DNA from: Phoronis australis
Lineage: Eukaryota; Animalia; Phoronida
DNA length: 64,000 bases
Assembly: GCA_002633005.1 (NCBI GenBank)
Contig: NMRA01000073.1
Coordinates: 785,036 to 849,035 of the forward strand
Direction of reading: 5' to 3'
In this document: positions 58,201-64,000 of the stretch, one piece after another
Layout of the letters: each line of letters starts with the position of its first letter
How positions within the stretch are numbered: position 1 is the stretch's first letter
Program-made: the position numbers and the translations under genes
Notes under the pieces: generated by a model
Told to the model about the DNA's origin: nothing
The model's input: the letters and a program-made list of their open reading frames with translations, nothing else
The model's database searches: none

Positions 58201-60559
58201 CCTATTGACTAGTGTCTTTTTTTCGCCGATCCTTCAACTACGAGGTTGAGTACATGTCACAACAATATTGGAACTGGTTTCATTTCCTAAGTTTTTAGTA
58301 TTCTAATAGCAACAAACCCAATTTCAGAATAAGTTTTACTGCTGCGAGGCTGACACCATCTCCCGAGAGATATTGCAAAAAGTACGGAATGGCACGCGCG
58401 CACGTTTCAGGAGCGTACTGTTTTCAGAACGACGATAGACTTTTCTTTGGTACAAAAGGGGAGAATTATGCATTAAAATGACGTTTATTATATTGCTTTT
58501 CACTTAAACGGCTGTAATGGACAAGGTGAGCGTCGGTTGACTTCTAGATTTTGCCTAGTATTGCACCTTCGCTGGTCGTTGAGACATGATGATATATTTC
58601 AAGACCAGATGACGAGCAGAACTACCTAGGCGGTGTGAAATTTCTAGTTTTATTGAAGCTTAACACACAGTGGTTCCTTACCTGTATTTTGACAATAGTC
58701 TTCAGTCATACAGGTACGTGGCTGACTAACAACAAATAGGCATACGCACAAATTTCTCCTCTGGATCCACAGATATGTTTTACAATGCACTTGCACGCGA
58801 GTGTGCCATGTCTCGTAAAAAGTCACAAGACCTTTTTATGAGACATTCACTACCGGACATCAGTTTTTTCAAAAGATGCACGCAACGAGTCAACTGAAAC
58901 ATGCAGTGCTGACTAGTCAACTACAGGTTTTCCATAGAATCATACGCACGAGCATCGCACGCACGAATCCATGAATCATGAATAGGAACCCAAATTCACG
59001 AATATGAAAAAAAAACATACACATGAACCACAAAAATCACACATACGGACACAAATCATACGCACGAGCATACGAATCATAAGCACGGAACCAACAAACG
59101 ACAAAGGTTCGATTTCACTCAAAATTTGATTCGCTGATCGCGAGCTACAGGAATAAGACACCCGCGTTTTTTGTCCAACGTCATTCTTTGATTCAGTCCA
59201 CACACTGTTACAAAATCGGCCTCATCTCGTTCCATACTCAGATAAGAAAGAATTCTAGGCTAGAGAAGAAACGACCGTTAATAATCATAACGCGATGCGG
59301 CTCTCACGGCGGGTGAGCTTCAGCCGCCAAGTGCCAGCAATTGTTCCATTTCTTCTTAACCTACAACATATAATGTAGATACAAATTTGCTCAAACGAGT
59401 TATCTGCTTGACGAATATGGAGTTGTTCTTATGAAGTCGCGTCTGATGATAGTATACCTGTCCTTTATCGCTTTGTCCCATTGCTTGCCGCAAATTCTGT
59501 TGCCATAACAACCGCTATGGCTCATCCTTTCAACCACAGCTCTCCGTTTGCTACGCCGATGCAAACAATGGAACTGAGTCTACAGAATGGCTTACGAGAG
59601 ACAGAAGTTCCGACAAATTTCAACATCAAATGTATGCAATTCTTATTTTGCTTGCAAACGATGAATCAAACATCTTTTTATATCACTAAATTATGTTCCA
59701 CACGAAAACAAAGCATATGCACGGTAATTACTCACTATGCGAGCGACGTTTTCTTAAGCCAGTACTGTGCACGCCCTTATTCGATATGTTTATTTATGTA
59801 ATTATTTATCTATTTATTGGTTAACTTACCACCTTGGGTATTGGAGGGAGGTTATAACGTATTGAACAAGTAAACTTAGCGAACGTCTGCCAGACAACGG
59901 TGAGAATTGGTGACGTGTAATAAAATCACGAAACACAACGGATTTTATTATATTATAGCATCGGTCGAAGCAAGTAACTCCACAAAACCTCTATCCCATG
60001 AAACGAAAATTCCAAAACGCGTCTTTTGTCCGTAAGAACGACAACGTCCCTTTAAATGTAGGCCTACGTCTAGGACGGATCACTATGGAAGTAAGGAACT
60101 ACTTTTCTAAGTCATCGGCACATCGATTGTCCAGTTTTAGTTCTACCCATTGGCGGCCCAGCACTGAAATAAGTGGGGGTTTATAGCCACCCCCTCAGCC
60201 CCCTATGATGCGCGCCGCCCATGCCCATCCGTGGCCCAGCACTGAAATAAGTAAGGGGTTGTAGCCCCGCCCCCCAGCCCCCTATGGTGTGCGCCGTCCA
60301 TGCTCCCTGTACTTTACATGCCTGCCCCTTATCAGTTTTATGTTGCAATCTAATGTATTACATTGTACTGTATTGTGTTATATCAATCAATGAATCAATC
60401 AGCCAATGAACGAATGAATGAATGATCGAGTCAATCGATCAAGGTACACTACATGAGTATGCATATGCATACGAATATGTTTATGTAAATAGACATGTAC
60501 TTGTACAAAGCTCTATATATAGCCTGTACGTAGCCCATGATTGTAAATGTATGAAACCC

Positions 60560-60930
60560 AGAAAGCAAGACGCTACATTTGAGTTTGCAATAAAGTTGCC
60601 AGCACTAATTAAACCCGTCATTTGCATAATGAAAAGACTTTCTTCGCGGTTAAAAGTCAACAACGGTAGCTACCAAGGTACAGAAGGATGCAGCTCCGGC
60701 TGTTCATTTTAACTAACCTGTAAATTAGATACTTTCTTTGCTGCTAAAAGTCAACGGTAGCTAACAAAATACAAAAGGACTCAGCTCCGGCTGCTTGTAC
60801 TCTCTTCGCGATAGAAAACCAACAACTGCAGGATTCGGTTCTCATTTATTTTAACCCGTCATTTACATAAAAATACTTTCCTCGAGGTCAAAAGTCAACA
60901 CGCTAACTACTAAAGTACAAAAGGACTCGA
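60560..60930 (+). repeat. Diverged tandem segment repeats
   Basis: AAAAGTCAAC..GCTA.C.AA.TACA.AAGGA occurs three times and AACCCGTCATTT.CATAA twice. Confidence 0.7.
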
Positions 60931-63908
60931 TACCCGTTTATTTTATCCACTCCACCTTGGCAGAAGTCACATCTTGAATACAGCCGTCAATACAATGTTT
61001 GCTATAAACACATTTAGTGAATAGCGATGTTATTTCAAGTACAAGTAGTTATTATGTAGATTATTAACATGCATTTGACTCTATAGCTCAACTGTTGAGA
61101 TTTCCAATAATGACCGACAGCTTCATCAATACGTACAAATGAATGATATCAATAAGCACATCAAAATCGCATAGTAACCGGGACTGATAACAATAGTGAC
61201 TGAACACGATACCCTTCAGTCAGGGGTTCATACTTTTTACGCACTATGTATTTATGATCGAAGATGTATGGAGTTGCACAAAAATTGCATAGTAAGAGGC
61301 CTAAATCAAAATTTACGCTACTTTAACAAAAAAGAGTCAAGTTGAGCATATGCAATCTGAATACAGAAGTCATTTCGTGTAAATAACATGTCTGAAATAA
61401 CCTGCTCAATCAATGACTTCAGTAAACAAAGTTACAAGGTCATGAATATGAATGAATTCTCTTGAAGTGTCATGGTTTTGGTTTTGCTTGGTACAAAGGC
61501 ACAAAACTCTACTTCACACCATTTCGGTAGATGTTTAACTTACGTTTGGCCCGTTCACACAACTGTAGAAAAGCTACAAGTTTGTCACGGGTCATTATAC
61601 GTATATTTCTGCAATCGGAAATTGCACGACCACATTGTTACGATTGGAGCAGAAACCGGGCGTTCGACCCACGTGCACGAGAGCCTAGCGAAAACGCAAG
61701 TCTTCGCGCGGCATTGCCATGTATTCCAAGCGAAGGATCCGATCACACTAGCTATCTTTCGTGAAATTTTTTTATCTAAAGACCTCAATCCAGTATACAT
61801 AAGATGTCATATTTAGGTAAGCCATGCACACTTGTTTGGCGAGAGTCCACTAAAAAGGCGCAGACGCACATTTCACAGTCCTGAAGGTGGTACCCCGTTT
61901 TTTTGTCCTTCAGCTTTTTTTCAGGAAAAGGTCCACTTCGTCATAAATTCAAGTCCTCCCCCATATTAAAGGCTGGGTGCGCGCATGAAGAAGTGCGTTT
62001 GAAAATCTTGAGACGTGTAAAAAACTGAGCCATGATTGAAAAGGTCCGAGTCAACTGTTTGAAAGACAAATGATTGAAATATTGCTGCATAGCAGAACTT
62101 ATTTCTCATTCGTTTGCTGTAAAATAATATAAGTAAGCTCAGCAAGTGGAAATTGTGTAATTACAGGTGTAATTACAGGTGTTTCTAAGAATCAGCAGAA
62201 AGATTAGGACGCAAAAACTCGACGTGCTAATGTTCACTTTGTTTGGATTATTGCTCAGCCATTGAGAACCCTGATTGTTCATTCCTTGCGTGCTTGCTTG
62301 CCAAAAATTCAGTGGTCATGTAGAAATTAAATTGTCTTAATGAAACTCAAAAAAGGTCTGTTAAGACTTAAAAGTCCGTAAATACCTTAGGCAATACTAT
62401 TTTAGACTTTTTCTGTACACAATTTCGTGAAAATGATCATCAAGTGAGAGCATAAAATATGGCCCCGTTTCATTCAGTTACAAAAATCAGCGTAACGGTT
62501 GAAAAACGCGCCTATGCCCCGCTTCGATTCGACCGTTTAGATTGCATTCCGTAAACGCAAGACACTTGCGGCGAAAAATCTTTGTTTATGTGACAAGAAC
62601 AGTGAATTCTGTCCCATAATTCAACATTTAAGCGTCGCCGACAAATCACTCCAGTGGTTGCTATTTCGTTAGCACTAGACTAGAAAGAAAGCTATATTAC
62701 ACGCGAAACATTCGTCTTTCATCCCTGTAATTTATCATGGTCTTGCTTGCTCGTGCTTTGTCACGAGAATCTTGCGTCTACGCTGCGACACTCGGATTTA
62801 CCCCTTTGCCATGAAAAAGAGCGTCAGCTGTACTCTTTCTTGTATGGACCTACCAAAACCTTATAATCGAGTCTGCACATTTAAGGTGGTAAGAACCAAG
62901 TACTCTTTTACCAAAATTGACCGTAAGTGCAGTGGTAGCTATGATGGTCCTAGGAACCAGGTTCCTAGGATGGTCCTAGGCACGTTCTTGCAAACGCGAC
63001 GCGGCGTTTTTTAGAAGAGCGAATGCAACTGATTATATTAAGAATAGCGACGGGCTTCATGAGACACGTTCAGAGGGTTTGACACTTTAAATTGGCCGTT
63101 GATTAAAAAAAAATATTTTCATATTTTGTATTTTGGTCTATGCCTATTACAAATCTGCATAAATATGAAAGTCACCGAATTAGTTTTACGTTACAGCCGC
63201 AAAAAGGAGGCCCCTCTGGCAAAAATTCGAAATTTACATGGGTTTCTGAAAAGGCACTCTAATCAAATCAATGAATGGAATCCTTTTTGAAAACGGATGA
63301 ATTTTGTTGCACGGTGTCCGTGTTTTGTTTTAAAGACTAAATTTCCCAATTCACGGGTTTTCTTACGTCGGAGAAAGTAAATATTTCCACGGATTTTGAA
63401 AACCTCAAATGTTAGCCTTGTTACATTCTACACACGAAGATACAACGCTAATTGTTTTCTATTATATTTCGTTTTGACATCCATCGTGTTTTTTATGAAA
63501 TAATTAGGGGGCCACTGACTCATTGAATTTTTCGAAAGTGCGATAATTTCAGGATCACGATTATCTGGATTGTTGCATTTCGTTAGATGGCATTTTTTGT
63601 GTTGTTGGGATTGTAAGATAAGTAAGTTAATTAGATGTGAATAATATAAGACGCTAAATTTCTTCTTTGATAAAATTCAAATTTTGAAGTTTGAATTAAA
63701 TCTGACCAAATGTCTACACTTAGGATTTCCTGTCGTTGACTATGACGTTATTGTGGAATTTGATGTTGCGCTCTATTAAAAGTCATTCGACAAAACTGGA
63801 CTCTAATGATGTGGTTTCAAGAAAGGGCAAACCATAGCTGCAACTGATGTAGACTTGACAGGTGGTTACATTCACAACTAACGACAATCTTCAAAAAGTA
63901 CACACTAT

Positions 63909-64000
63909 CAGGGGCGGATCTACGTTTTCAGTAAGGGGGGGGTTTAGGATTCCCGCAAAGGTCGAATCCTAGGCGCGTGGCGCCGAGAGGGGGGGGGGGG
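63909..64000 (+). mobile_element. Start of a CAGGGGCGGATC-terminal MITE, truncated by the window edge
   Basis: CAGGGGCGGATCTA followed by G-runs, as in the other family members. Confidence 0.6.

Noticed and set aside
56869-63900. Numerous 60-140 aa ORFs
   Set aside because: No domain signatures and no phase-consistent exon chain were found. The region looks intergenic and repeat-rich.

Overview
AT-rich, intron- and repeat-rich animal genomic DNA, probably a marine invertebrate (inferred from the repeat types). No prokaryotic operons, rRNA genes or CRISPR arrays are evident. Three spliced host genes were reconstructed by hand with phase-consistent splice sites: (1) a 7-exon high-affinity choline transporter (SLC5A7/CHT1-like; minus, 45623-31904, 551 aa); (2) an orphan-looking RING-HC protein with a PAM2-like motif and two hydrophobic segments (minus, 30613-28059, about 583 aa), whose RING finger is split by a GC-AG intron; (3) a 5'-incomplete plus-strand gene ending in an atypical MYND zinc finger (11222-19525). 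The rest is mostly mobile DNA. It includes an internally deleted TTAA-flanked Kolobok transposon (intact THAP ORF plus a convergent KolX-like fragment) and two related APE-type LINEs with 2A-like DxExNPGP motifs and a shared 3' stem-loop. A decayed Ty1/copia element carries four nested insertions (LINE, 5-bp-TSD MITE, Hero fragment, TTAA MITE). There is also a Penelope remnant with a hammerhead-like motif, older LINE remnants and several MITE families. No wholly new system can be claimed from sequence alone. The best candidates for follow-up are the RING/PAM2/TM gene and the THAP-retaining Kolobok derivative. No database searches were run; family calls rest on motif recognition.
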